64,000 nucleotides of DNA from Octopus vulgaris. Its lineage: Eukaryota. Within the stretch, counting starts at the first letter, position 1; each line of letters begins with the position of its first letter. The DNA is taken from contig OX597818.1 of assembly GCA_951406725.2 (NCBI GenBank), forward strand, positions 87,668,001 through 87,732,000, given 5' to 3'. This document shows, one piece after another, positions 1-12,802 of this stretch. The translations under genes and the position numbers were made by a program. Under the pieces are notes generated by a model. That model was not told the origin of the DNA, searched no databases, and was given only the letters and a program-made list of their open reading frames with translations.

Positions 1-245
1 CATCGTTGCCATCATCACCATCATCACCAGCACTATCATCATCATCATCATCAACATCGCTATCATCATAATCCTCATCATCATCGCCGTCGTCGCCAGC
101 AATTACAACAACAACAAACAGTCACAGAACACTGAACCATCTAACAAAAAAGACCAATGTCAGTCAGTTTGGATAGGTTTTTCTATTATTTTCATATATT
201 TAATTTTTTTTTATATTGGTATCAACCATTTTTTTCTTCTTTGCG

Positions 246-313
<68 letters not shown>

Positions 314-534
314 CAATAATAATAATAAAACGAGAGAAGGGAAATCAATGTAACCTTTTATGTAAGGATTTATGTCTTTTTACAATTTTAGTTTTTAGAT
401 GTTAAAATGGCTGACAAAAGAGACTCTCTTTTCTCCCTCTTGCTCTTTCTGTTTCATTTTTTCTCTGTCTGGCTTTTCCAAGCCGTCTCTCTCCTAGCTT
501 TTTATCTATATCTCTCCTTCCCCCTATCTCCCTC

Positions 535-585
<51 letters not shown>

Positions 586-1036
586 CACTCATTCCTTGCC
601 TAAGCGTGATGCTACCAGTGAAATCAATGCTATTAGACAAAAGATAGCAAGCAGACTGCGTAATTTTCGGAAGTTGAATCAATTCATACCATCTTTGTCC
701 GTCTATGTCTCTCTGTCTCCGTCTCTGTCTCTCTGTCTCCACCTCTCTCTGTCTCTTTCTTTCTCTCATTTGTATATGTATATCTATTTAAGTTTAAAAT
801 TATTATTATTAATATTATTGTAATTTTTTATTGTTGCTGTTGTTGTTGTTGTTATGTGTGATAGAGTAGTGATGATTGCTAGGATGGTTGCAATTTCCAG
901 TGCTGATTCTGGTTATTTTCATATTTTCAATTGAAATAAATAAATAAATAAATATCTTTTAACAAAATAAATACATAAAATAAACATGATGGTAACAGTT
1001 GTGCATAAAAATAAAATACAAAAGCAAAACGGTTTC

Positions 1037-2050
1037 TCAACAATAGCGACGTTTTACTCTCAAATCCAGCAACAATTGGTGAAAACGGGACAAAACTAGG
1101 GATAACTGCTTCCAAGATCGATTTTGTTGTTGCTGTTTAGCACCAGAACAGCCTTGACTAAACAGACCTACGATCAAAAGTCCTCCAACTTTGACCCTTC
1201 TGTCTTTCTCTTTTTCTTTTGTTTTTTTTTTCTCAGGCATCGTGAACCACGCTGTTGTGTGACCATGCTTGTGCATAAAATGAATGCTTGCGATGTAAAG
1301 ACCATGTTCATCGCAAAGCTCCAGCAGCACGAGACCATTGTTATTCATTTTCCTTACGCCAAAGCGTCCTAAAGAGTTCCATGTTTGCCAGTCTGTTCCA
1401 ACCCTGGAAATGAAATCCCTCAGCAGAATGACTTTGTCAGAATTGGGTTTTTTTTCTAAGTATGGCCCTCAGCTGGGTATAAAAAAGTAATTTTATCTTC
1501 ATCTCAACTAGTCAAAGTAGGTGCATAGGCTTTTATTAGAGTAGCAAACCGCCAACCTTTCAGGTGCAATCGTAGAGCCATTAGAGGTTCATTTATAGGA
1601 ACAGGAAGGTCCTCCAACATCTTAAGGACATCAGATGGAACTGCAAAGCCAACACCAACGAACAACAAGTGCAGTGCATCTTTCAGGCCTACAATCACTC
1701 TTGTTATCCAACAGAGTGCGCATATTCCAACATAAAATGTTCAAGTTCCATCCAGATTTTGTAAAAAAGAGTCCCTTTGTTTTTCGAGCGCATGGTGTAT
1801 ATCCTTCAGACGCGCTAAACTGACCAGGTATAGGTATACAGGCAATTTTTGGTTCACCTTTCCTAGAACCTCTCCGGCCTCTTGGTGAGCAGTGCCCTCT
1901 CCAAATGGAGCTGCTCAGACACCCATGAAGCAACCGAATCCTATTGCCGTCTTGGGCGTCAAGGAGACGACTTTATATCTAGCATGAACCGCTTACGTGC
2001 AGGTCACTGACTACATGCTTCCAACCCGTCAAGTCTGCATGCGTCTCTAC
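1037..2050 (-). mobile_element. RTE-clade LINE 5' remnant (5' region + decayed apurinic-like endonuclease domain)
   Basis: Minus-strand frames give LNILCWNMRTLLDNKSDCRPERCTALV and NNNGLVLLELCDEHGLYIASIHF..HTTAW, typical RTE APE motifs; frameshifted. Confidence 0.85.
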
Positions 2051-2532
2051 CATCTCATCGCCGCAAGTTTTCCAGTCTCTTATTCGTGACCTCCTTTATG
2101 CAGATGACTATGACTTAGTCACTCATACAGTGGATGACATGCAAGTACTTATGAATCGTATTTCTGCTTCTTGCAAGGCATTTGGACTCAGCATTAGACT
2201 GGACAAGACTGTTGTAAGTCTGCACCAGGAAATCCATATATGAAACCAGCTACCTTGGTTGAAGGAACAATACTAAAAGTTTGTCTACCTGAGAAGCACA
2301 ATCAGCCATTCTTGCTCCCTGGATGATGAAATATCTTTCAGGCTGCGGAGAGCAAGTGATTCCTTCCAGTTTCTTCAGTCTCGTGTCTGATCCCAGCATG
2401 GTATCACAAGGCGAACAAAAAATGTTGTGTACCGTGCATGTGTACTGACATCGTTTCTTTACTCATGTGAGACATGGACCCTTTACAAACGCCATGTAAA
2501 GGTCCTTGAACGTTTTCATCAGAGATGTCTGG
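2051..2532 (+). mobile_element. RTE-clade LINE RT C-terminal remnant
   Basis: IRDLLYADD at ~2083-2110 and YRACVLTSFLYSCETWTLYKRHVKVLERFHQRCL; similar to 44990-45470. Confidence 0.85.
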
Positions 2533-2816
2533 AGCCACCGTTGATACTGGCTTACGCTTATTGTCCCATATACTGCATTAATATTCCTCGCACTTTCCAC
2601 AAAAACAAAATATGCCCAATATGCACCTTTGTCACTTCCGTTATAGCTTTCAAAAAAATGACTGTTAAAATCGAACTGCACTTTTCAAAACTTGCACCAA
2701 GAATAAGCAGAAGGTAAAATTACTACATGCTTTTATAGCAAATTGATGCACGTAGTTTATCCCGTTCCCCTCCGACTTTTAGTTCATGCAATTGTAAAAA
2801 ACGCATTATTTATTAG

Positions 2817-2879
<63 letters not shown>

Positions 2880-2881
<2 letters not shown>

Positions 2882-3132
2882 ACAATTGAGGGTAAAATTA
2901 ATTAATCAATTTCACCAAGTGTTCAGTATGTAAAAGGACCATTTAAGGCGAATTCAAAATATTACATTATATAATTAGGGCTTAGTAAAATAAATTATTC
3001 AAAATATTACATTATATAATTAGGCTTAGTAAAAAATATTACATTATATAATTAGGGCTTAGTAAAATAATTTATTTTACTAAGCCCTAATTATATAATG
3101 TAATATTTTGAATAATTTATTTTACTAAGCCC

Positions 3133-3135
<3 letters not shown>
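2880..3135. mobile_element. Partial copy of the 559-bp HHR/pLTR family with internal tandem and inverted duplication, between (TA)n tracts
   Basis: aacaattgagggtaaaatta...gggcttagtaaaataaatta matches 48288-48410; ~3070-3135 is the reverse complement of the preceding segment. Confidence 0.75.
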
Positions 3136-3174
<39 letters not shown>

Positions 3175-3249
3175 GTCTGTTTATGTATGTATACGCACAC
3201 GCACACGCACACGCACACGTACACACGCACACACGCACACACACGCACG

Positions 3250-3316
<67 letters not shown>

Positions 3317-3617
3317 GCTCTGATGTGTCGTATGATATTATCAAATAAGGATTTACTAATAATTCATATTTCAGTTTTTGTGGGATTTATTAATCTACAA
3401 GTATGGTTTTACGTGAAGTTACCTTTATGATTTTTGGGGGTTACAAAAAGATTTCGTTGGGTAAGCTTTTCTACTCTATCTGCTATTTTAAACCTTGTAG
3501 CTAATTTTTTGCTTCTATATTAATTAAATTAGAAGTGATGTAGTTTGTTTGTTTTATTGTATGTTTTAGTTATGTTGTCAGTTAATAATTTATGTGTGGT
3601 TTTTAACTTCATAAAAT

Positions 3618-3655
<38 letters not shown>

Positions 3656-4217
3656 TTATCGTGTATATATGGGTAAGTATCTTTGTGTTAGTATTTGTCC
3701 TCCACTCATTCTTGACAACCGGTGGTGCTTTGTTTATGTTTTCGGAGCTTGGAAGATTGGCAATGTAGAGCGACAGAATAATCACCAGAACTTTGCAAAA
3801 ATAAGTACAGTGGTGGGGCGATTTGTTTGCCTAAACCTTTGAAGTCGGTGTCTCAGCATGGCCGCTGTCCAATGACTGGAACAAGTGAAAGATATAATTA
3901 GGATAATAATCATTAATCAGAGTTGACTTGGTGCGAAACAACAACAACAACAACTTGTATATCAATACTGATGCTAATTGATCGTATACAAGTTAATTCA
4001 ATAGGCAAAAAGAGTTGAGAGGGAATTTTTGCAGAAAATTAAATTGTATATTTGATAAAGAGAACACAGTTACCATGAAAGAAAACTATAACGACAGAAG
4101 ACAAAATCTCTTTTTAATGAAAAAAAAAAATAAAGACACAACTTTAAACAATAACAAATTTCACGATTCGTTTTAAACTTCTTTTTTTTTTTACTGCCAT
4201 AATTATTAAATTGTGAA

Positions 4218-4280
<63 letters not shown>

Positions 4281-5639
4281 GTATATGAATAAATAAATAG
4301 ATAAAAAGAATGAAAATAAATAATTAAATCGTCAGCATAATGTCTGGTGTCTTTTACTTGAATTAATGCAGTATGAAATTCAGCTGTGTTAATTAAATAG
4401 ATTCTGATAAACAGACGCCTTCATTAGATGAACGACTTACTTGGGTGTGAAAATGTTCCGTTAAATAATATCGAATCAACTGATGTTATGGATTGTTTGA
4501 TGTTTATTGACTTATTCAACTGGATAGGAAGGAGGCAATAGGTTATCAAGCCATGACTATCTTCATATCAACAAACCACTTCGGCTCATGTGCTGTATCT
4601 ACCTCAACTCATCTACATTTCTAACTCTGACGACTCAAACGAAATAGCGGGCGAGACTCTACCTGGTTGCTAGAAATATCAGTCAAATCTTCCTTAGTTA
4701 AATCTGCCTTGCAGTTATTTTTATTTTTTCAGCTAAGGATGAAGGCGTGTGGCCTAGTGGTTAGGGTCTTGCACTCACGATAGTAAGATTGTTGTCTCGA
4801 TCCCTGGACCTGGCAGTGCGTCGTGTGTGTGTGTATGTGTGTGTGTGTGTGTGTGTGGGTAGTATGCATGTATGTATGTGTTTGTGTGCATCCGTGATGA
4901 TAAGAATATTTCTGTACATGTGTCACCAGTGTGATGTTTTGGTTGAGTTGAAATCGATGGAAAAAAAGCCAAATCCCAAGTTTCCCATTTGAAATGTAAA
5001 AAACATTTATTTTTGTCGTAAACAAACTTTATGTTATCGATACTACAAACGACAGAAAAGATATTTTCTCCAGAATATCACCCCATCAATCGTCATGAGA
5101 CAGGAATGCGAACCAATCCTGTCAAACCACATATGTATATGTTCCACTGGAATGATTTGTTGATTCCTGCATCTCGGTGGTTTAGTTGTGTCGTCGTTGC
5201 CGCTGTCATCGCCATCACTATCCTTTAGTTTTGATGCTTCGGCTACACTGCCCATGGGTTAAGATCGTGCACCATTACTGCTAGCTAGTGGCAAGAGAGA
5301 TTTCTATTTATAGCTATTTCTTTAAAAAAAAAAACATTGCCAAAAATTGGAATTGTTAACGAGATCCTGTTTTAAAGGATGTCTGGGTGGTCAGTTCCTC
5401 AATGTTGTCATCAATAATTGAACGAATCACGTTGGTGTTGTTTAGTTGTTTTAGCATCGGTCATAGTGACTCAGGTTTGGTATCTAGATGTTATGGAGGA
5501 GCCAAATATTCCTGCTACATATTTACGTGTGTATATTTGCATGTATGTATACATATTTGTGTGAGCTGATTCTATCAATTTCTACTATTATTACTCAACG
5601 TAGGATAGACTTTTACCTAAAATCAATTTATCGTTGCAA

Positions 5640-6050
5640 TGTGGTGACTGGTGTACCTCAATGACTTTAGGAGCTATTCTAGGGGAGCACACGTTCCTGG
5701 TAGGACCTCCCATGCTGGACAGATCAAAAGATAGAGGCCAAATTAATATGCATTACCGCTTCCCAGAAGTAAAAGCTAGTTTGTCAAAGGCTAACACCAC
5801 TGACTAGAAAACATCCAAGTTACATAATCATCGATGACTATTCAAAACCAAGGCATGGGAAAGGAAGGCCTTCTCTCAGGAAAAAATATGACACATTCTG
5901 GAAAAAATCTGACTGGAGATGGGATACTGAGGCAGAGCTGAAAAAGCAGGGACTTAACCGGTGAGAAGTAAAAAGGACAGTTCAGAGTGGAGAACAGACG
6001 AGAAAACTCATTCCATAGGGAGTGAAGAGCTTAAGAAGAAAGAAGAGTAG
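5640..6050 (+). mobile_element. Decayed LINE-like (possibly RTE-derived) non-autonomous remnant
   Basis: LINE-like 3' coding scrap followed by a (AAG)n-like tail. Confidence 0.3.
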
Positions 6051-6190
6051 ATTTAGCTCGATAGTTCGTGCTGAATAATCGGCCACATCGAATGTTATAT
6101 TTTGGAGACTTGCACATCGTAATAAAAGACGAAGATCACACAACTATTGGGTAGGCCAATATATTCGTTCGGTTTTAGTCGGCATATATA

Positions 6191-6239
<49 letters not shown>

Positions 6240-6241
<2 letters not shown>

Positions 6242-6465
6242 TCGTTTACTTGTTTCAGTGATTTGACTGCGGCCATGCTGGAGTACCGCCTTTAGTCGAA
6301 TCAAATCGACCCCAGGCCTTATTCTTTTTAAGCCTAGTACTAATTCTATCGGCCTCTTTTGCCGAACCGCTAAGTTACGGCGACGTAAACACACCACCAT
6401 CGGTTGTCAAGCGATGTTGGGGGGACAAACACAGACACACAAATATATACACACACACACACACA

Positions 6466-6529
<64 letters not shown>

Positions 6530-6672
6530 CGACAGGCTTCTTTCAGTTTCCGTCTACCAAATCCACTCACAAGGCTTTGTCTGCTCGAGGCTATAGTAGA
6601 AGACACTTGCTCAAGTGCTACACAGTGGGACTGAACCCGAAACCATGTGGTTTGTAAGCAAGCTACTTACCA
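6240..6672 (-). mobile_element. tRNA-derived SINE family 1 (internal microsatellite)
   Basis: Head with A/B-box-like tgtggtaag...ggttcagtccc, internal (TA)/(CA)n, tail gactgaaacaagtaaa; many copies in window. Confidence 0.85.
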
Positions 6673-6839
6673 CACACACACACACTCACACACACACACA
6701 CACATATATGTATATAGTACATTTCTCATCTAAATGCTGAGAAAGATGGAAGGGTACATCAGATGATGTAGTCTTTGTTATATAAAATGACACGATGGTC
6801 ACGATTGGAGGGCTTTTGATCTGTTATGATCTGCAGGTA

Positions 6840-7155
6840 AAGCAACAAGCAACAGCAGCAACAACAATAGCAGTATTAGAAACAGCTACAATAACAATAG
6901 CAAATAGCAAGAACAACAGAAATAGAAGCAGGAAGAAGAACAATCAGATTGGAAATAGCAGTAAAAGCAATAGCAACTACACTGTTTACAACAACAACAA
7001 AAGCAGCAGTAACAACAACAACAACACCAACAATATTAACGACAGCAACAATAACAACAACAACAACAACAACAACGGTAGTATCAGCAGCAACAATAAC
7101 GACAGTAGAAATAACGACATCAGCAACCACAACCAAAACCACCACAACAACAATA

Positions 7156-7216
<61 letters not shown>

Positions 7217-7333
7217 TTGCTACTACTACTACTACTGCTACTATTGCTACTACTACTACTACTGCTATTATTGCTACTACTACTACTACTACTACTACTA
7301 CTGCTACTATTGCTACTACTACTACTATTACTG

Positions 7334-7364
<31 letters not shown>

Positions 7365-7378
7365 GACTGCTACTACTA

Positions 7379-7410
<32 letters not shown>

Positions 7411-7464
7411 TTGCTATTACTACTACTACTACTGCTACTATTGCTACTACTACTACTATTACTG

Positions 7465-7531
<67 letters not shown>

Positions 7532-7605
7532 AGCAGCAGCAGCAGCAAAAACAACATCAACAACACCAGCAGATTCAGAAGCAGCGGCAGTAACCAACAA
7601 CAACA
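6840..7605. repeat. Compound (AAC)/(TAC)/(CAG) trinucleotide microsatellite
   Basis: Directly visible. Confidence 0.95.
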
Positions 7606-7761
7606 AAAGCCCAAATAAAACTAGCCTTTACTCTCTAAACACCAACACGACCTTTGGCCTTTCTGTTCTTTCACACAGTGGCTTCAACCAATTACATTAC
7701 CTTCTGGAATCTTGCAGGGCAATCTTGATCACAATTCGACTAAATCCCCTGCTGGTGTTCC

Positions 7762-7928
<167 letters not shown>

Positions 7929-8344
7929 CACATATACACTGATCAAATTAGGTTAGGGAAATGTAGAATGGCGGAGAGATGTCGACCGGACCGTATTCTG
8001 TGCGCGTTGTGTGTTGGGAGATGAGCGAATGATTGAAATTATATGATATAATCTGAGATCGTTGTCAGATAATGGCGAAGAATTATCGAGGAATTTCATA
8101 GAACGTAAAAAAACGTAAAGCGACAGCGTTCATGCTTTTTCAACTAAAAAGCTTTACAAGGATTTCTATGATGACGTATAAGTTCATCGTTGCAAACAGC
8201 AGTGGTAACGTTGGAACAAAGGTGAATGTTCCGTTAGGTTTCAGTGATGAGTTTAAAAAATATAGTTCACAAAACAGTTCTATCTTCACATTATTTACAT
8301 TATTTACATTCGACGGATATTTTTCCTCATCTTGTTTGTTGTTA

Positions 8345-8388
8345 ACACAACGTTTTGGCTGATATACCCTTCAGCCTTCTTCAGGTGT
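8345..8388 (-). ncRNA. Type I minimal hammerhead ribozyme (G12A-mutated copy)
   Basis: acac CTGAAGA a ggctg-loop-cagcc AAAA cg TT gtgt. Confidence 0.6.
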
Positions 8389-8441
8389 CTTGGGAAAATT
8401 TCGAAACTGGGTTCTCATTCCTAAAATATTTTCGATGTTAA

Positions 8442-8508
<67 letters not shown>

Positions 8509-8685
8509 GTTATTGTTGTTGTTGTTGTTGTTGTTCGGGTCACTGGAATTGAATATGCCCACGGGCATATGGCGTAGTGGTTAAGAGCGCGGGCTACTAA
8601 CCCCAAGATTACAAGTTCGATTCCAAGCAGTGACCTGAAAAACAACAACTACAATAAAAAAAAATAAAAAAAAATAATAATAATA

Positions 8686-8738
<53 letters not shown>

Positions 8739-9292
8739 TGCCCTGATGCAGTACGAGGCAGTGGCTCTCATGGCTTCTGATCTTTACTGATTGGAAGTGT
8801 TATCATGTACATTGTTTTGTCTTGGTATAAAAGATAGGCTACAGCAAATATTCTGCTCAATTCCACAGATTTGCTTGTCAGTTGTTTGACTTAACCAGTT
8901 GACCAAGTCCCTTAGTGGCTGACGATATGTGCATCTCTGATCAGGACTTGAAGTAGTGGGGGAGCATCATAGCCATGTGTTGAGAGGGATTCTTTGGGGT
9001 TTGAATAATTCACCTCTGGAAACATGGGTGTTTCGTTCAACATCCTTAAACAACCCTTATTCAGGGACCTTTTGAGCGGGATGGGTTACTCGACCAGAAG
9101 AAAATTCTAACTGGACCCCACATGCAAGGTCATATGCTGTTTATCTTGACATTAGATCACCATGTTGCACACAGATGGTTGTGATGCATGTGCCTGGTGT
9201 ACCCTTATCAGACAGGTAGTCATGATGGGTATACTGGGCTTCGTAAATTTTACCCCAGTATCAATTTGATGGCATCCACTGTTCTCTCACTC
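8739..9292 (+). mobile_element. ~550-bp retroposon (LINE 3' end/SINE-like) with (AAT)n tail
   Basis: High similarity to 41300-41762; both end ctctcactc(aat)n. Confidence 0.75.
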
Positions 9293-9353
<61 letters not shown>

Positions 9354-9409
9354 GCATCGAAAAATACCTTAGGAATGAGAACCCAGGTTCGAAATTTAAT
9401 TTTCCCAAG

Positions 9410-9453
9410 ACAGCTGAAAAAGGCTGGAGGGTATATCAGCCGAAACGTTGAGT
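9410..9453 (+). ncRNA. Type I minimal hammerhead ribozyme (degenerate copy)
   Basis: acag CTGAAAA a ggctg-loop-cagcc GAAA cg TT gagt; consensus with the 8345 copy is canonical. Confidence 0.55.
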
Positions 9454-9728
9454 TAACAAACAAGATGAGGACAATATCCGTCGAATGTAAATAATGTAAA
9501 TAGTGTACATAATTCCTCATCTCCTAAATATAGAACTGTAGTTCTGTCTTCACTTCTAAAACCAAAATTCTTATTCTACAAACCAGCGTGTCTTTTAAGC
9601 AGACGCATAGGGAGTTGAGAGCAGTAGTCATATCTTCTTGAATTTATATCGTACCTTTCAAATAATGAAGGAAATAAGGAGAATGTAGTCTCTTGTATAC
9701 TTAGGATTAACAGCAAGTATAACTAACA

Positions 9729-9932
9729 GCGGCGAGCTGGCAGAAACGCGAGTACACGGGGCGAAATGTTTCGTCTGTTTTTATGTTCTGAATTCAAATT
9801 CCGCCGAGGTCGACTTTGCCTTTCATCCTTTCGGGGACGATAAATTAAGTACCAGTTGCGTACTCGAATAGATCTAATCGACAGGCTCCCTCCCCCAAAA
9901 TTTCGGGCCTTGTGCCTAGAGTAGAAAAGAAT
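9729..9932 (+). mobile_element. tRNA-derived SINE family 2
   Basis: ggcgagctggcagaa..ttcaaattccgccgaggtcgactttgcctttcatcctttcgggg. Confidence 0.8.
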
Positions 9933-9944
9933 ATTTCATATTGT

Positions 9945-10118
9945 GGGAGATATTTCAAACTGTAGCGCCTCAAAAGCGGGACAACATCCCTGGAAGACGA
10001 TGGGCGATCTGGAAGATCCGTCACGCACGTCACATCCGGAAATGTAATATTGTTTATCGAGAATTAGTCCGCCAAGCCAGACCGTCAACCGAGAGTTCTA
10101 CTACGAGGTTTTGAAGGT
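9945..10118 (+). mobile_element. mariner transposase fragments
   Basis: SLEDDGRSGR and QTVNREFYYEVLK-like translations. Confidence 0.55.
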
Positions 10119-10260
10119 ATATGCATATATACGTGCATATATATGTATGTATACGTTCGTATATGTAAGTATTCGTATGTTATATATATGTGACCTCGTG
10201 TGTACCGTTGGCGATTTTTTTTCCTCTGTCTTCCCTTCTCTGGATCTTCCCTTCTCCTAT

Positions 10261-10295
10261 GTTTCCGACGAAGAGCTCCGCTCGAAACGTTAAAC
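10261..10295 (+). ncRNA. Type I minimal hammerhead ribozyme
   Basis: gttt CCGACGA a gag-ctccg-ctc GAAA cg TT aaac; palindromic stem III ACGT. Confidence 0.75.
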
Positions 10296-10424
10296 CCTCC
10301 TTCTTTCCTTCTTTCCTGAGCGTCCAATAATACTATATTTGTTCCACGTCCTCGCGTTGTTGTGTTTTTTGTGTTTTCTTGTTTGGATTAACTATATATA
10401 TATTTGTATTTATGTGCTGCGTAT

Positions 10425-10482
10425 ATTCCACTGATGAGGCAAAGCATTTCTTATGCAAAGTCAGAAATCCTGGATCTGGAAT
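10425..10482 (+). ncRNA. Type I hammerhead ribozyme
   Basis: attcca CTGATGA ggc aaa gcat-ttctt-atgc aaa gtc a GAAA tcc-t-gga TC tggaat; AUC site at 10474-10476. Confidence 0.85.
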
Positions 10483-10643
10483 TATCCGTTAATTTTTTGC
10501 TAGTTTATTTTGTCTTTTTGTCTTCTCTCCTCGTGCTGTATGAATTTTAATAATTATTACCTTTGAAGATTTTTATTTCCTTGCTTGCCATTGATAAGTT
10601 CGATATTTAAATAACGATCTTATCTTTATATAAATTTACATTC

Positions 10644-10676
<33 letters not shown>

Positions 10677-10677
<1 letters not shown>

Positions 10678-10845
10678 CAAAATACGCAACAAGGATATCC
10701 AGAGGTAATGCATTACCTCTGGATATCCTTGTCGCTTATTTTGATTGTAATCACCCCATTTTGAATTATATGGATAATACCATACTAAATTCTGGTGCCT
10801 TTAACTTAAGTACCATATTCAACTGAATCTGAATTTTGCTGATCC

Positions 10846-10846
<1 letters not shown>
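10677..10846 (+). mobile_element. PLE-type tail with 5' fold-back palindrome (10677-10744), between microsatellites
   Basis: caaggatatccagaggtaatg|cattacctctggatatccttg; downstream part resembles 20950-21088. Confidence 0.65.
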
Positions 10847-10920
<74 letters not shown>

Positions 10921-11003
10921 GGTATGTAGAAAAATACAACATGGACAAGAACGTATAACTCTTAGAAGACGACACAATAAACACGGACAGGACATTCGAA
11001 ACC

Positions 11004-11051
<48 letters not shown>

Positions 11052-11089
11052 CGTATGCATTCATACATGTACATTGCACAGACACACAG

Positions 11090-11126
<37 letters not shown>

Positions 11127-11202
11127 CACACGCACACACACTCACGCACACATGTATAAGTGACAACGTATGGCTCTTGATTCACTCTAACCCATACCGA
11201 TT

Positions 11203-11237
<35 letters not shown>

Positions 11238-11284
11238 TAGATAGATATATTGATAGATAGATAGATAGATATATATACATATAC

Positions 11285-11346
<62 letters not shown>

Positions 11347-11386
11347 TCGCTTCGAGCACTATTTTCGAACTTGTATCCCCAAACCA

Positions 11387-11448
<62 letters not shown>

Positions 11449-12225
11449 AAACCCGAAAAACCGGAAGTCATATTGAATTACTTTCTTTAACTCACGCAAT
11501 TGGCTTAATTGGTTTAATAATATGGATGAGACAAACCGGAAGTAAACAAAACGATGCACCGGACCGATTGAATCTATCACGAAGGGAAATCGTTTCGTCT
11601 TTTCGGTGAACCTGAAGAACATCCCAGAACAATGTGCGTGAAACCACAACCAGAACTACGTATTAAATATTTACTCAACCTACATATTGGGCTGCTTTTT
11701 GGATTTGCTCGCAGATCGAGAGAGACGTATGAGAAGCCGATACATTTAGAGACAGAGATAGATAAACGAACATACATCCATATACGAAAACACACTATCG
11801 GGTGAAAAGAGAAGTAGAAGGGGAAAGAGAGGGTGAAAGAAAGGGTGAGAGGGAAGGTGTAAAAGAGAGAGTGGGAGGGAGAGACAGAGGGTGAACGGGA
11901 GAGAAAGTGGACGGGAGAAGGAACGGACGGGAAAGAGAACGGACGATACAGAGTGAATGGTGAGGTAAGGCGTGAATTTAAGCTTATTCAAGTGATTCAG
12001 AGAAACAGATATTTACTAATTGATTGTTAGTTAGAGGAAGGGAAACTGCACGTGTATATTTTTGCCTCGGTGGGATACTATCCAGTATATATATATATAT
12101 ATATACATGACTCACTCCACGTCTCTATGTGCTTACTGATCCATCAATCCATCCGTCGGCCCATCTATATATCACAGAGCTGTCATACATCAGTCCACTT
12201 GGCCATCGATCGGTAGAGGAACGAA

Positions 12226-12288
<63 letters not shown>

Positions 12289-12740
12289 TTACACACACAC
12301 ACACACACGCATATTATTCAAACAAAGTCATGCATACAAAATGTATATATATATGCATTTATAAGGGAATTTGCGAGTGTGTGTGTAAGAATGTGCACGA
12401 ATGCACATTCATATATATGTAGATGTATAAATGCTTATAAACATGCAGATATATACATTTATATGCATATAAGTACACAGATGCACATATGTATGCACGT
12501 ACATGTATGTATGTATGTATGTATGTATGTATGTATGTATGTATGTATGTGTGTATGTATGTGTGTATGTATGTATGTATGTAGGTATGTATGTATGTAT
12601 GTATATATATGTGTGTGTATGTATTTATGTATGTAAGTATGTATCTATCTATCTATCTATATTTTTACTATTTTATCCTTTTATTTATTTCAGTCATTTC
12701 ACTGAAGTCATGCTGGAGTTCATGCATACGTACATATTTA

Positions 12741-12802
<62 letters not shown>

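Larger units (their letters stand above)
8270..9545 (+). mobile_element. tRNA-head/(AAT)n/hammerhead-tail element with upstream inverted partial copy, interrupted by another element
   Basis: tRNA-like head ~8563-8640 (tggcgtagtggttaagagcgc..gttcgattcc); tail 9355-9545 is the reverse complement of 8270-8440. Confidence 0.75.

Noticed and set aside
1930-2050. HDV-like ribozyme at the RTE 5' end
   Set aside because: Known for some RTEs, but a nested double pseudoknot could not be assigned by eye
8563-8640. tRNA gene
   Set aside because: No acceptor-stem closure; it is a SINE-like head, as are those at 4741, 14928 and 56348
8918-8960. CTGACGA in the (AAT)-tailed family (also ~41390)
   Set aside because: No GAAA or supporting helices
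11611-11665. CTGAAGA...GAAA hammerhead candidate
   Set aside because: No stem III, UH site or stem I
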